This document shows positions 13,421 through 26,887 of a stretch of DNA of 64,000 bases, piece by piece. The DNA is from Octopus sinensis (lineage: Eukaryota). Under the pieces are notes generated by a model. The model searched no databases and was not told where the DNA came from. It saw only the letters and a list, made by a program, of their open reading frames with translations. The stretch spans positions 69,750,001 through 69,814,000 of the forward strand of contig NC_043000.1 in the NCBI RefSeq assembly GCF_006345805.1, given 5' to 3'. A program made the position numbers and the translations under genes. The stretch's first letter is position 1; every line of letters begins with the position of its first letter.

Positions 13421-14104
13421 GGCGATATGCCATCGTCGAATTGGAATTTTTTTAAATATCGCTCAGCGAATAATTTATTTCAACTTTCGAAGTCCATTGA
13501 CATTTTGGAAGTTGAATGAACTCATTCTTTTATCTTTTATGTGTTTCAGTCATTTAACTGCAGTCATGCTGGGGCATCACCTTGAAAGGTTTACTAGAAC
13601 AAATGGACCCCACTGCTTAAATTTTTCACATTTTATCATCCTTTTGGCCGAACCGATACGTTATAGAGTACAAACAAATACACATGCACGCTCGCACGAA
13701 CATACATATACGATGGGCTTCTTTTTGTTTCTTTCTACCAAATCCATTCACAACGCTTTGATCGTCCAGAGTTTTTGTAGAAGACATGAGTCCAAGATAC
13801 CATGCAGTGGGACTGAACACGGGACCTTATGGTTATGAATCAAACGAACACTTTCTTAATTTAAATACAGTAACTATGCGCCTCAATAAGTGCGCTATCT
13901 TCCAGAATTTAGTTCATCGATTTATAATGACTCATTCATCACTAAATTTCTTACCCTTGTTATTATGACCCTGGCCGCCGGGCTGGGTGATTCATTGGAT
14001 ACACGGCGCTCGCCTGAATCTGACGTTCTATCTCTTAACCGTCGGACGCAGATATAATAGTCAGTTAATGTATACTAATTTGCATTCATTCTCACCCACT
14101 TTTT

Positions 14105-14700
14105 ATGGCAGGCTCGGTGAAGAAGTGTCGACAGTATATCGATGAGTACTTACAATATGGTTTTATCAAGAACTCTACAGACCCAAAGCAACCTTTCTGT
14201 ACTGTGTCATCAATCTTTGAAGCTATAAAGCCCTCTCCACTCTCTGGCCACTTGAGAAGAAAACACTCCGAAAAAGTCGGCAAGTCTATCAAATATTTTG
14301 AGGGATTGAAAACTGATTTTGAAAATCAGAGTACTATTAAATGATTATTTAAGAATCAGACAAAAATTAATGAGGGTGGACTGATTGCTTCCTACAAAAT
14401 TGCAGGAGTTATTGCAAAAACATATAGTGCACATACAGTGACTGAAAAGATTATTGTACCTGCAGTAGAAGTAGTAATATCAGAAGTTATGAATCAAGAT
14501 CCTTCATCTATCATTAAATCTCTATCTTTGAGTAATGATTCTATCAATAGGAGAATTGATGAAATCTCAGATCATATTGAAGACGTACTAATTCAAAGAT
14601 TGAAAACAACAAATTTTTCAATTCAAATTGACGAAAGCACAGTTATTGACAATAAGGCCCTTTTAATGGGATATGTACAATATTTTGATAGAGTATGAAA
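14105..14700 (+). pseudogene. hAT (Charlie/Buster-type) transposase N-terminal fragment
   Basis: RQYIDEYLQYGFI...KPSPLSGHLRRKH (BED-like) and SLSNDSINRRIDEIS...FSIQIDEST, typical of Buster/Charlie transposases; interrupted by stops. Confidence 0.85.
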
Positions 14701-15173
14701 ATTTAATTTCATGTGCTACTGATAGTGCAATGTTTATGATTGGTAAACACAATATTCCTGTGAATATTGTTTGACCCTTTTATGAATAACTCACCCGAGG
14801 CAAAGTGCTACTTCAGGTTACAATAATAATGCAATGGTTGGAAGAAACAATAGTAATTCATTGCAATATGTAGTTATATCCCTATTAATTATGACAATGA
14901 ATGCCGTGGATTTCTTTCCCTTCATGCCAATACGATCAAATAAGTGTTAGTAATGTATTCGAAGTGATTTAAAGTTTCCTTTAATTATGTGTATTTTGGT
15001 AATGTCTAAAATTGATATTCATGAAGAGGTTTAGTAGAAAGTGCACTATATCTTCTTCACTGGTTTAGAATATATAATTCATTTCAAAATTAAGTCTCTG
15101 TTCATGGTTAACACACGCAATTCATGCATACACACATGTATACATTCATGCATACTTACCATTTGCACACGTG

Positions 15174-15208
<35 letters not shown>

Positions 15209-15389
15209 CATATATATTCATATAGTCCAAGAAAAAATCCACTATTGCATACATACTATAGTTCCGTTAGTTACGTGTTTCTCGACAACTCATGGTAAAT
15301 ATATTTTTCCAGAAAAATAAATATGAATAAAAGTATAAACTGTGCATATATATGGCAGCAGCAGGATGGCTGAAACAAGTAAAAGAACA

Positions 15390-15407
15390 TATATGTATAT
15401 ATATATA

Positions 15408-15485
<78 letters not shown>

Positions 15486-15498
15486 ATATGTATATATA
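15390..15498. repeat. (TA)n microsatellite, left flank of Penelope element
   Basis: Direct reading. Confidence 0.95.
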
Positions 15499-16003
15499 TA
15501 GGTGAGAAAGTTGGTGTGTGAAAGCACGTGGTTGAATATATAGAAAATAGTAAAAAGTGAAAAAACTACAGAAGGCTTGTTTTAAAAGGTTAAAAAATAT
15601 ATATTTGAGTCATTATGTCAGAAGAATGTTATAATTTTTTTTTCATACAGTGACATAGTTTTTGAAGAAATTACCGGTTTCGTGTTTAACTTTTCAAATT
15701 TCTCAAAACATTGTGTTATGATTTCGTTAAGAAGTGTAAAGAAGAGTTCCAGGTAAGAGGAGGTAATAAGTGATTTCTTCCGGTGTAAGGGAGAAAATCG
15801 CTTTATATTTCTTGCCTTTTTTTAATTTAATGGGGTGAGTTTCTCTGTATAAGAATGTTAGAGTGGTTAAGTTTGGGCTTATTTTTTCAATGAAGAATGT
15901 TTCCTTGTTTAGTCTAATTTGTGTTGGTGTTCCAATAGCACATTGATAAAATGGAAAGATTAAATATTGTGGTAGTAGTTGCTTTGCGCATTTCTCAATA
16001 TGC

Positions 16004-17820
16004 ACACTAATATGACAATCAACATTATGAAAAAAATCACCGACTACACCCCGCAAAAAATAATGAAAACTCTATCTTCACTAATTAAAACCCCTGAAAA
16101 GGAACTAACAACCAAAGAGATTGACTTTCTAACAAACTTTAAATGCAAGCCTAGCCTCTTCTATGGTCTGCCAAAAATTCATAAAGGCCAAATTATAAAT
16201 GAAACCATTAAAAAATCACCAAAGACATACATACACACACCTAACCCGGGGGACCTAAAACTACGACCCATTGTAGCTGGCCCAACCTGTGAAACACACA
16301 GATTAAATCTATTTATGGACATCCTCCTGAAACCCTTCCTTAAACATATCGATAGCCATATCAGAGATGACTTGGATATGTTAAACCACCTTCCAAAAAA
16401 GCCAAGGAAGAAACAATCATGGTTTCATTTGATGTAGTTAATTTATATACCAGTATACCTCATAATTATGGACTAGAGGCGATACAGTTCTGGCTGGACC
16501 AATTTCCGGCAGAAATACCAAATAGATCAGTAAAGAATTCATTACTAAATCGGTTGAATTCATCCTACGTAATAACCACTTCATGTTTGACAATACATTT
16601 TACCGTCAAAAATCCAGAATTGCTATGGGTACAAGGGCAGCACCAGTCATTGCGAACCTAACAATGGGCTACCTGGAAATAATTATTTACCAGGAATCTT
16701 TATCAACCTTTGGAAACCCCCTTTCTCAATACATAAAAGAGAATTGGAAACGATTCCTGGACGATTGTTTTATACTCTGGAATGAAAACACAGATAAACT
16801 CCTAAAATTCAAAAACCTATTGAACAGCATCAACCCAAATATACAGTTCACAATGGAATACAACCAAAAGGAGCTCCCATTCTTGGATATACTAATTTAA
16901 AAAATTAACCTTAAAATAGAAACAGACATTTTTTACAAAGCCACAGGCGCCAAACAATACCTACTTTTTGATTCATGCCACCCAAGACACACCTTGCAAG
17001 AAGGATATGCACAATAGTGTCAAAACAAAATACCAGGAACTTTAGACTACAAGAACTCAAAAACACCCTAATTGACAGACACTACCCAGCTCAACTCATA
17101 GAGGATGGGATCAGACGTACAACAGAAATCGACATAGAAACTTTGAGAAAAGTTCAACACAACAACACACCTTCCCCGAAAATACTGCCTTACATATCCA
17201 CATACAACCCCAGAAACAAAGAAGCCTTCACCATCATGACCCAGAATTTACCAATACTTATTAAGGACCCCAAATTAAAGGAAATTCTAAACATACATAA
17301 AATCATTAAAAGCTACAAACAACCTAAATCACTTAAAAAGATTCTCACAAAGGCAAAATTGCTTTCTGAAATTACGGATGCAAAAGTTAAAAAATGTGGT
17401 AGACCAAACTGTGCAACATGCCCGAACCTTCTAGAAAGATCAGAATTCCTCTTCAAAGAGGGACAAAAATTCAAGATCAAATCTAATTTTACTTGTGCCT
17501 CTGAAAACATAATTTATGTCATAAGATGCTCGGGCTGCCACCAAAACTACGTGGGGTCCACGGGACTATCACTCAGACGTAGATGCACACTGCATGGACA
17601 ACATATTGCATTCCCAGAATACAGAATGATACCCTTTAGTGAGCATATTGAGAAATGCGCAAAGCAACTACTACCACAATATTTAATCTTTCCATTTTAT
17701 CAATGTGCAATTGGAACACCAACACAAATTAGACTAAACAAGGAAACATTCTTCATTGAAAAATATAAGCCCAAACTTAACCACTCTAACATTCTTATAC
17801 AGAGAAACTCACCCCATTGA
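16004..17820 (+). pseudogene. Penelope RT + GIY-YIG polyprotein remnant
   Basis: FYGLPKIHK, LRPIVAG, VSFDVVNLYTSIP, AMGTRAAP, WKRFLDDCF, LPFLDILI, CGRPNCATC, IIYVIRCSGCHQNYVGSTG in four frameshifted ORF pieces. Confidence 0.95.
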
Positions 17821-17945
17821 ATTTTTTAAAAAGGCAAGAAATATAAAGCGATTATCTCCCTTACACCGGAAGAAATCACTTATTACCTCCCCTTACCTGG
17901 AACTCTTCTTTACACTTTTTAACGAAATCATAACACAATGTTTTG

Positions 17946-17983
17946 AGAAATTTGAGAAGTTAAACACGAAACCGGTAATTTCT
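17946..17983 (+). ncRNA. Degenerate minimal hammerhead motif in pLTR (mirror copy near 15665-15705, minus strand)
   Basis: AGAAAT-TTGAGAA-GT(TAAAC)AC-GAAAC-CG-GTA-ATTTCT. Stem I and the ACCGGT palindrome are intact; CUGANGA has two substitutions. Confidence 0.6.
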
Positions 17984-18145
17984 TTAAAAGCTGTCACTGT
18001 ATGAAAAAAATTTATAACATTCTTCTGACATAATGACTCAAATATATATTTTTTAACCTTTTAAAACAAGCCTTCTGTAGTTTTTTCACTTTTTACTATT
18101 TTCTATATATTTAACCACGTGCTTTCACACACCAACTTTCTCACC

Positions 18146-18179
<34 letters not shown>

Positions 18180-18829
18180 ATATATATAAGACTTTTGCTG
18201 AGTTAAAGGTTAAAATAACCGTCTAAGGGATAAAAGTATCCATTATACTACCGGTATACTACCTATGGGAAAACATGATATGCTCATAAATTTTAGTTGA
18301 AGGCTAGGATAAACAGGAGTTTATCAGGAATCAAAATTTAAAGAAAACAGAAAATGGAGATAATATTCATTAACAATAATTGAATTGCATCAATTATTAT
18401 TTATTAATTCTTTACAAAAAGACTGCATCCCATCTTACAATATTCTTTGGTATCACCATTATTAGGCTAAATATATATAGCATAGTTGGTAATAAAATCG
18501 ATTTGAATCATGCAGCTTCATCAGAGTGGAAAATAGATGAAAAAATAATAAAGAAGAGACAGGAATAGAAGAAGGTAAAGTTGAATATGGTGAAAATCAA
18601 GTCTTGTTGATATTTTCCACTCCGATGATGCTCCATAATTCAAATCAGTTTTATTACTAAAGATGATTTATATTTTTAGCATAATAATGGTGATAACAAC
18701 GAATATTATCAGCAGAAACAGCTGTAAGATGGAATACAGTCTTTTGAAAATAATTAGTAACTAATAATGGATGCAAATCAATTGTTGTTAGTCAATCTGT
18801 TTTCTTTATATATCCTTTTATTCTTTCCT

Positions 18830-19240
18830 TTTATTCTTTTATTTGCTTCAGCCATTTGACTGCGGTAATGCTGGAGCCTCACCTTTAATCGAACAAACTG
18901 GCCCCAGGATTTATTCTTTGTTAGCATAGTACTTATTTTATCGGTTTCTTCTGCCGAACCACTAAGTTACGGGACGTAAACACACCAATCTCGGTTGTCA
19001 AGCGATGGTGGGGACAAATACAGCAAGAAATATACATACACGCGCACACACATACACGCACACACACACATATATATACGGCGGGCTTCTTTCAGTTTCC
19101 GTCTACCAAATCCACTCACAAGACATTGGTCGGCCCGCGGCTATAGTAGAAGACACTTGCCCAAGGTGCCACGCAGTGAGACTGAACCCGGAACCATGTC
19201 GTTGGTAAGCAAGTTACTTACAACACAGCCACTCCTGCGC
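18830..19240 (-). mobile_element. Composite SINE family B (tRNA-like head + microsatellite spacer + second module)
   Basis: Reverse complement has the head GGCGCAGGAGTGGCTGTGT.GTAAG...GGGTTCAGT and tail GGATTTGGTAGACGGAAACTGAAAGAAGCCCG; same layout as 37262-37612 and 47861-48340. Confidence 0.8.
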
Positions 19241-19244
19241 CTCT

Positions 19245-19259
19245 CTCTATATATATACA

Positions 19260-19298
<39 letters not shown>

Positions 19299-19369
19299 GG
19301 AGAGAGAGAGATTTATATGTATATGTATATGTATTTATATAGAAATATATATTTTATATATGTATGTAT

Positions 19370-19461
<92 letters not shown>

Positions 19462-19520
19462 TATGTATATATGTGTGTATGTGTATGTATGTGAGTGTGT
19501 GTGTATCTGTGTGTGTCTGT
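19245..19520. repeat. (TA)n/(TG)n microsatellite block
   Basis: Direct reading. Confidence 0.95.
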
Positions 19521-20389
19521 ATTCAGGCACATACTTACCCAGCGATCTATAAATATTTAGCATCAATTTAAACAGCCCAAGTTATAGCATTAGTCTACCG
19601 GATTAAATTCAATGACTTCGATATCTTTACAAAAATCCTCGTAGACAAGCCATTAGTATATAATCCTAACCACATTGTATGAAGCTCGTCATTTGGATAG
19701 TCATAGTTGTGATGTTCATGTAATGTAAGGTTAACACAACTATAAGGTTTACCGCAGACGCGGCATACGAAACCTGCAAGTAATGTTGCGACTTCATTAC
19801 ATCTTTTTCTATACAAGATGTTTATTTTTTTTATGTACAAAAAAATGACTATAATTGTCTAGGCAGAAATGTTTCCACCGACCACAATCCCGACCAGTAT
19901 CATGAGCAGACTTCAAGAACATGAATGCTGGGGTAATAGTTTTCCAGTATATAGGCACAGCCGATCCTTTATGTATAAACGAATCGAATAAATGAAGCCG
20001 AAAAAGTTCCCGGGCTTTCTAACCTCTTTCTCACAAGGTCCAACTTTCCTCGACAGGACTCAGCTAAAAAGTTAAATAATTTCATGCGTGTTTAAAAACA
20101 CATATGTATATACACATAGTGGGCGGTACCTTTTCCCCTGGTGTGAGTTGCATTAATCGGAAAAAGAACTGTTTAGTGATAGATAGAGGTGGATATTATT
20201 ATTTAGTCTAAACTAAGCATGGTTGAGAAGGTTTTGTTCATGGTTTTAAGTCAATTGTCGTTTAGGTTTCTGAAGATTGCTTATAAACATACTCTTCAAT
20301 GGATGCGATCCTCTGACACTCAGATTTCGGCAGGGTTCGCTGGGACACATAGTACACCAGTGAACAAGCTTGCGGGAAGGTAAGAGGAA

Positions 20390-20730
20390 AGAAATACGGA
20401 AGAGAAAATATATCAAGGAAGGGAACATAGAAGTTGAAGAGAAAAAACAAGAACAACAGTAAGATAAATAAAAGTGAAGGTAAAGAGAAACAATACAAGA
20501 ATAGAGAAAGGGGAAAGGAATCTAAGAAAAAAAATAGGAAGGCAAAGTCAACAAGGAGATGAAGACGAGAAAGGGAAAGTATTAGCAAAATAAGAAAGAG
20601 CTGAAGAAGAAGAAAAGAAGAAAAAGGAGAAGGATGAGGAGGAGAAGGAGAAGAAGAAGAAGAAGGAGGAGGAGGAGAAGGAGGAGGAGGAGAAGAAGAA
20701 GAAGAAGAAGAAGAAGAAGAAGAAGAATGT
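20390..20730. repeat. Purine-rich low complexity ending in (GAA/GGA)n
   Basis: Direct reading. Confidence 0.9.
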
Positions 20731-21048
20731 AATAGATGCACAAAAGTAAAAGAACAAACAGTAAAAAAATGGCATTGGTATTAGTTTTGTGCAAGAATGT
20801 CGGCAAATTTTACTTTTTGACATTAACCGAGGCGGATAATTACAAAACTGAATACAATCAATCTACTTGACCTACGATCGGAGAAATTAACAATATATTT
20901 TAGGGTGACATTGTATTGTCAAGGTAGTATTCATTTTTAGTTGTCTTTTGTTTTGTTGAACAGATTCTTATAATGGATTTATATAAGTAAAGAAAAGGAA
21001 GAGACGGACACATATAAGCAAACAGACGTACCCATACTCATGCACACA

Positions 21049-21140
<92 letters not shown>

Positions 21141-21726
21141 ATGTAAAGTATAGAACCCATCTTATCATGGCTAACCACATTGGGGAGGGGGTGTTACTGT
21201 AGCTTTATAGCCCCAAGAGATCGTCGTCTCTAGCTGGCTTTAGACACAATATCAGTGTCCTTGGAGTATTTGCAAAGGGAGGCCATCCCTTCCTCGCAAG
21301 CCTGAGTGATACGCTCGAACTAATTTCGGGATTATGGCTTCTATACTTTACATTATCGAGCGATTACTGTTTCAATCTCATTCTGAGATTTAATTATGCT
21401 TACTGTTCGTTTTTCGACATCAGTGGCAGACGCCACTAGAAAAACTTATATATATTTGCAAAGCAGCCTTCACTTTCATCGCGACCTGGTGTTTTAACTC
21501 GTCTAGGGACCCCTCTTCCATCTGCGTATTGAGAAGTTAGCTGCCTATTTTGTTGAGTGAGTTCATTTTTTGTTCGTCGTTGTTTGTGTTTGCTCGTGAA
21601 TTGAACAGTTGTCCGTTGTGTGACAGTAATTTTCGCCCTATGGGGCTGAAAATTCTGTGTATAAACATTGTTATTACCTTCGGGGTAATTTTTTTTATTG
21701 AACAATTGGTTCTCATAATTTGAGAA

Positions 21727-23180
21727 ATGGAATTCGACTTGGCGTCGAGGAGCGACTTTCCCGTGATGGGAAAAGGCGAACAGAAGGATATCGAGGTTAA
21801 TAAACAGTCTTTCTCGGCCGCAGTGGGCGGAAACATAACGGAAGTAGAATTTAAAATTGAACAGTTATTCGAATACCGGAACTTGGTAAAAAAGGAAGGC
21901 AATGAAATTAAACTGGTACCGCCGCAAGCAAAATTACAGGAAATAAAGGCTAAGATAGTCGTATACAAGGTTTACAGTAACAAAGAGAAAAAAATAATGG
22001 ACGTGAAGAACGAAATAGTAAAGAAATGCTTGTCACCGGTGTGGAGCAAAATTCGCCACGTCGGTCGAGGTGCCCGCAGCGCTACCGTTGAAGCACATTT
22101 CGAGTCGGCTGATGTGACAAGAGATATTTCATCGATGACCTTAAAAAGTGAGGACATCATGTTACTACCTACATATATGGGAAAAAGAACTGCGAAACTA
22201 TATGTGGAAGACATTCCAGTAGGATATTATATAATGTGGGTAGCAGCAGCGGTTCTGCACGACGTAGAGCAGAAAGTCTCAATTCTGCAGATGAAAAGGA
22301 AAGAGGAGGTACACTGGAAGGGACAAGCGCTCGAACTCCTCGTTCAAGCAGAAAATAATGTGCTAGGAAACTTACCCGATAGGGTATTTATTGAGGACGG
22401 AATTACAATGAGAGTGTCAGTGGAGGGGCGCAGACCTAGGTGTTTCAAATGTGGTGAAAAGGGTCACGTCCGCTCGAACTGCATAAAAAAAAGAAAAACA
22501 GCGAAGCCCCTCCTCAAAGTGCTTCAAACACAGATAAAGAAAAGGCGGAAAAAGACCCCAAGACTGCGACAAGGAAGGGAATCGAAATGGAAGATAAAAA
22601 TGAACAAATGGAATTTACACAGGTGACACACAAAAGAAAAAAAGAAAATACCCTGGACTCCCCTCCCCAAACAAAGAAAAAATCAGCAAACACCGCAGAG
22701 ATACATACAAAACAAATTCCCCAGCCCCACCCCTACGGCACTGTATTCATTGGAACACAGTTCGCCAAGCCCCTCCCCATTAAACAAGATTGGAAAAAAT
22801 TGATTTTAAAAAATGAAAAGGTTGTAGCATTCGACGAGAAAAATGAAAGAGTGTTCAAGTATTTTAAATTTTCAAAACTGAAATTATTCAGTAAGTCTGC
22901 AGACACTAAGTCGACCACTCGTTTTGCAAAAATAAAGAAGACGAGTGGAAGGAAAAAACACTCCAAGAACATTTAAAAAATAACCTTATCAGAGACGTTA
23001 CTAACGAAATACTGGAGGGTAAACTTACTATAACCCCGGCAACCACACCTACCCAGAGCCCGATGGCAACGCCGGTTAAGAGCCCTGCAGCTACGACCAC
23101 AAGGGAAGAAGAAGGGGAAGCATGCAGATTTAAACTGTCATGCTCCCTGTCCCAACCGTAAGTTTTTTTTTCTCTCTCTC
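21727..23180 (+). pseudogene. Tx1 ORF1 (gag-like, CCHC zinc knuckle), frameshifted
   Basis: 299-aa ORF with RPRCFKCGEKGHVRSNC. A frameshift in the A-run near 22490 continues into the 22587-22976 frame, with a further shift near 22965. Confidence 0.85.
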
Positions 23181-23185
23181 CGACA

Positions 23186-26100
23186 ATGGCAAAGCTGGGT
23201 TGTGTGAATGTGCGTGGAATGGGGTCGAAATGGAAACAAATTTGTCTCCTGAACGACCTCACGACACACGGAGTGGTCGTAGCTATTGTAACCGAGTCCA
23301 AGATGAACGGGGCCCAAGCGTTCTCGCCTCTTCTAAATGGTTTCGAGAAATTTATTTCTCCTAGCCGAGGAAGAGGAAGGGGCGTGGAAGTCCTTATCAG
23401 GAAGAGCTTGGACTTGCAGGTAAGTAGTGTCTTTCTGAACCCAGAAGGCAGGCTGGTCGTTCTGGATGTGACCCACGTAAGTAAACAGTCCTTCAGGCTG
23501 GTTGCTGTCTACGCTCCGAATGAGAGTAGGCAGTCGGGTTTTTTTCGGAATCTGGAGCACTTTTTAGTGACGTCGAAAACGGTAGTCTTAGTAGGGGACT
23601 TAAGCACTATCCTCGAAGCGCGGGTCGACAGTGTTGGCTCAACCAATAGGAAGGGGAACCCTAGCCTCAAGGGTCTACTAGAGAGCTTTAATCTAGTAGA
23701 CCGTTATCGACTGGATGAGCCGAGCGTTCCACAGTGGACGTGGAGTAACAACGACGGCTCAGGCAGATTGTATATAGATAGGATATTCGTTAGGAAAAGA
23801 GATAAGGATACGTTTAGTTGTCCACAGTTTTACATTGTGCCTTACACGGATCACAAATTTGTGACTTGTAGGGTGCAATTAGATAAGTGTCATAGACAGG
23901 GACCCGGGTACTGGAAGCTGAACAAGTCTATTTTGAATTGTGAAGACTTCCGTACCCGGATTAAGGTGTTAATACAGAGGGCATTATGTGGCACCATCAT
24001 TAACAATAGATGGTGGCACTCCGTCAAAAGAGCCATTCGTTCAGAGTCCATTAGATTTAGCAATCAGCTAAGGTTAGATAGGTCGAGGATAGAGGACGAT
24101 TTAGTTAAGAATCTAAACGAGGCAATGGAATCTGGCTCTGCATCCGGAGTGATGGCGGCAAGGACGGTATTGTACCATCACCTTAACTCCAAACACGAAG
24201 GTTGCAGAGTTAGAGCTAAGCTACGCGCAGGGAAACGAGAAGGTATTTACGTTGCCGGATGGGCCCGTCGAGTGGAGAGTCAGAGAGGCAACAAAGCTTC
24301 AATCAAGTCTTTAACTGACGAACAGGGACACAAGATCTATGGACAGGAGGAGATGCAAAAGTTTCTTCACCAGCATTTCGCCCGCGCGTTCGGGGGTGGT
24401 GGTCCGCTGGAGCGGGGAGGGCCTTAAAGGACTTCCTAGCCGGCGGACCGCGGCTCTCGGGGCGTGAGGTGGAGTGCTGTGAAGGAGCGATCACTCTCGC
24501 GGAGATAGAGGGGGTACTGGCCGGATGCGCCGGGGAGAAGTCGCCGTGGCTGGATGGTCTGCCCTACGAGTTTTATCAAAGTATGCCGGACTTGTTCGGG
24601 GGAATACTGGCAGGCGTCTACGCGAACTGGCAGCAGAACGGGAGAATTCCCAGTTCTGTAAGCCGGGGAGTGGTGACGCTAATCCAGAAAGACCCGAGCA
24701 AGGGGGATAACATTAGTAATTACAGGCCCATAACTCTACTTAATGTAGAGTTAAAGATTTTGGCCAAGGTGTTGGCAAAAAGGTTGACGACTGTCGTGGA
24801 GAAACTTGTAGGGAAAGCACAGACATGTGCAATTCCAGGCAGGTCGATCCAGGACAATTTCCCCCTTATACGCTACACCTTAGATAGGGTGGGTAAATTA
24901 ACCGGCAAGTGCGGGGTAATGGTCCATTTAGACCAAAGTAAAGCGTTCGATAGGGTAGACCATAAGTACCTGGTGACGGTCCTCGAAGCGGCTGGATTGG
25001 GCCCTGAATTTCGCGGGTGGATCTCCGCAATGTATAGCGGTATCAAGTCCACCGTCCAGATAAACGGTTACCTAACGGAACCGTTTTCGATCGAATGTTC
25101 AGTTCGTCAAGGGTGCCCCTTGTCACCACTTTTGTACGAGTTGGCTCTCGAGCCATTGCTGCGAAAGTTGGAGAAGCTGGAAAGTAACCCGGATGAGATC
25201 GGAGGCAGGAAGACGGTTTCTGCTTATGCGGATGACGTCACCCTCATCGTGTCCAATGAGGCTCAGCTACCTTGTATAGAAGATGCTATCAGAGGATACG
25301 AGGCGGTGGCAGGAGCAAAGGTTAACAAGGACAAGTCGATTGGCTTACGCCTCGGCACCTGGAGGAGCAAGTCGATATCGTCCAGTGCCGTGGGACACTG
25401 GACAGATGATCCTGTTAAGTTGTTAGGAGTCTGGTTTGGGCCAGACTCCCAAACGGAGAGGAATTGGAGTGAGGTGGCGGGAAAGGTGGAGGCCATAGTA
25501 CGGACCTGGTCCGGAAGGATTCTGTCCTTGAAAGGAAGGGCGGAGGTGGTACAGATGTTTATTGCATCTGTAATCACTTACCGCCTGACCGTTGTCCCTT
25601 GCCCCGATTCATGGCTTAGCAAGTTGGAGTGAATCCTTTTCCGCTTTTTGTGGAAAGGAGGAAAGCCACTTGTGAGGCGCTCCGTTTGCTGTCAGGAACC
25701 GTTAAAGGGTGGGTTAGGAATGCCTTGGTTGATGATGCGCAGACATGCGCTGAGGCTGAAGCATCTCTGGCACCACCTGGAGGGTGATAAGGTGTGGAGT
25801 CCGCTGGCAGGAGAATTTTTCCCGAGACCGGCTTCCTTAGTGAATTTTAAACCCGGTTACATCAAAAGACGGAATATGACTTTATGGCAAAAGGAGTGTC
25901 GACAGGCACTCACGCTGATCCACAAGGCGGGCAAGGCCGGCTGCGGAAATACCACCTCGGTATTTTATAGCAGGCTGGTAGAGGCAAAGAACGACGACGT
26001 CCTAGGAGGGGCTCTTGGGTTCGACGAGGACCAGCTTACCAACCTGTTTAAAAAGACTTTCAGGACGGGGTATTTGGATAATTTCCAAAGATCCCTGGCC

Positions 26101-26574
26101 TGGCAGTGTTATAGGAATGCTTTACCTGTTCGCGAGAACATATCGCGGCACGGAATTTCAGTGCCACCGACATGTCCAAGATGCGGGTTGGACGATGAAA
26201 CCGTCCAGCACGCTTTTGTACACTGTCGGCAGTTGTCAGACTTGATAAGTTACGCAGAACACGTGTTATCGCATCTGGGACGAGTACAGCTGTCGGCTGA
26301 GTCTATGATTAAGATGATACCGCCAACTGGACTCTCGAAGGAAGGTGTGATATGTTTTCACTGCACGGTTGCAGTAGTAAAAGAATGCATGTGGCGTACA
26401 AGAATAGAAGGAGTCGCAATAGGATCCTTTGTCTCAGGCCCGGGCTTGCTCACTTACTTCAGATATCATCTGAAGAGCAAAATGGGGCTGGAAAAGAAGA
26501 CCTTACCACGAGGTGTGCATGAAAAAAGATGGAAGGAAGTGGCGAAAAAGGTGGGTGTCAGAAACCCAGTTTAA
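23186..26574 (+). pseudogene. Tx1 ORF2: APE endonuclease + RT + C-terminal Cys/His motif (one frameshift, one stop)
   Basis: CVNVRG, TESK, AVYAPN, LVGDLS, YIDRIF, TDHKFV; YRPITLLN, DQSKAFDRVDH, VRQGCPLSPLL, YADD (25225-25236); CPRCGLDDETVQHAFVHC. Frameshift near 24410, TGA at 25630-25632. Confidence 0.96.
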
Positions 26575-26844
26575 CTATGGATGGAGAAGAGGAAAGGAGA
26601 GCTGCGGGGCCTTATAGGTTGCCGGGGTTTAAAATATATCGGTAAGATTTCAATCTAATGTAATGTTATATTAGTCAATGCAAAGGACAATTTAAATACA
26701 GTTTTTTGTATAATGAATAATCCATATATTTTGGAAATTTTTAAACGAACCACTTAACTGTTTTTTGTATGTATGTCCGGTATTGTTCTTCTATGTACTG
26801 ATTTTATAATCATAATAAAGAATTAATCGCGACCTGGTGGTTAC

Positions 26845-26887
26845 CGCCCGTTGACGAGAGACAACAATCCCGAAACTAGTTCGAGCG
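26845..26887 (+). ncRNA. Minimal type I hammerhead motif, near-consensus
   Basis: CGCCCG-TTGACGA-GAGA(CAACAA)TCCC-GAAAC-TA-GTT-CGAGCG. C3-to-T change plus one mismatch each in stems I and II; stem III is the ACTAGT palindrome. Confidence 0.72.

Larger units (their letters stand above)
15499..18148 (+). mobile_element. 5'-truncated Penelope-like element with inverted ~505-bp pseudo-LTRs, inserted in (TA)n
   Basis: 15499-16003 is the reverse complement of 17643-18148; (TA)n on both sides; RT and GIY-YIG coding in between. Confidence 0.95.
21492..26825 (+). mobile_element. Near full-length Tx1/L1-clade LINE (copy 2) with 14-bp TSD ATCGCGACCTGGTG
   Basis: TSD at 21478-21491 and 26826-26839; ORF1 and ORF2 present; 3' end AATAAAGAATTA. 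Confidence 0.93.
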
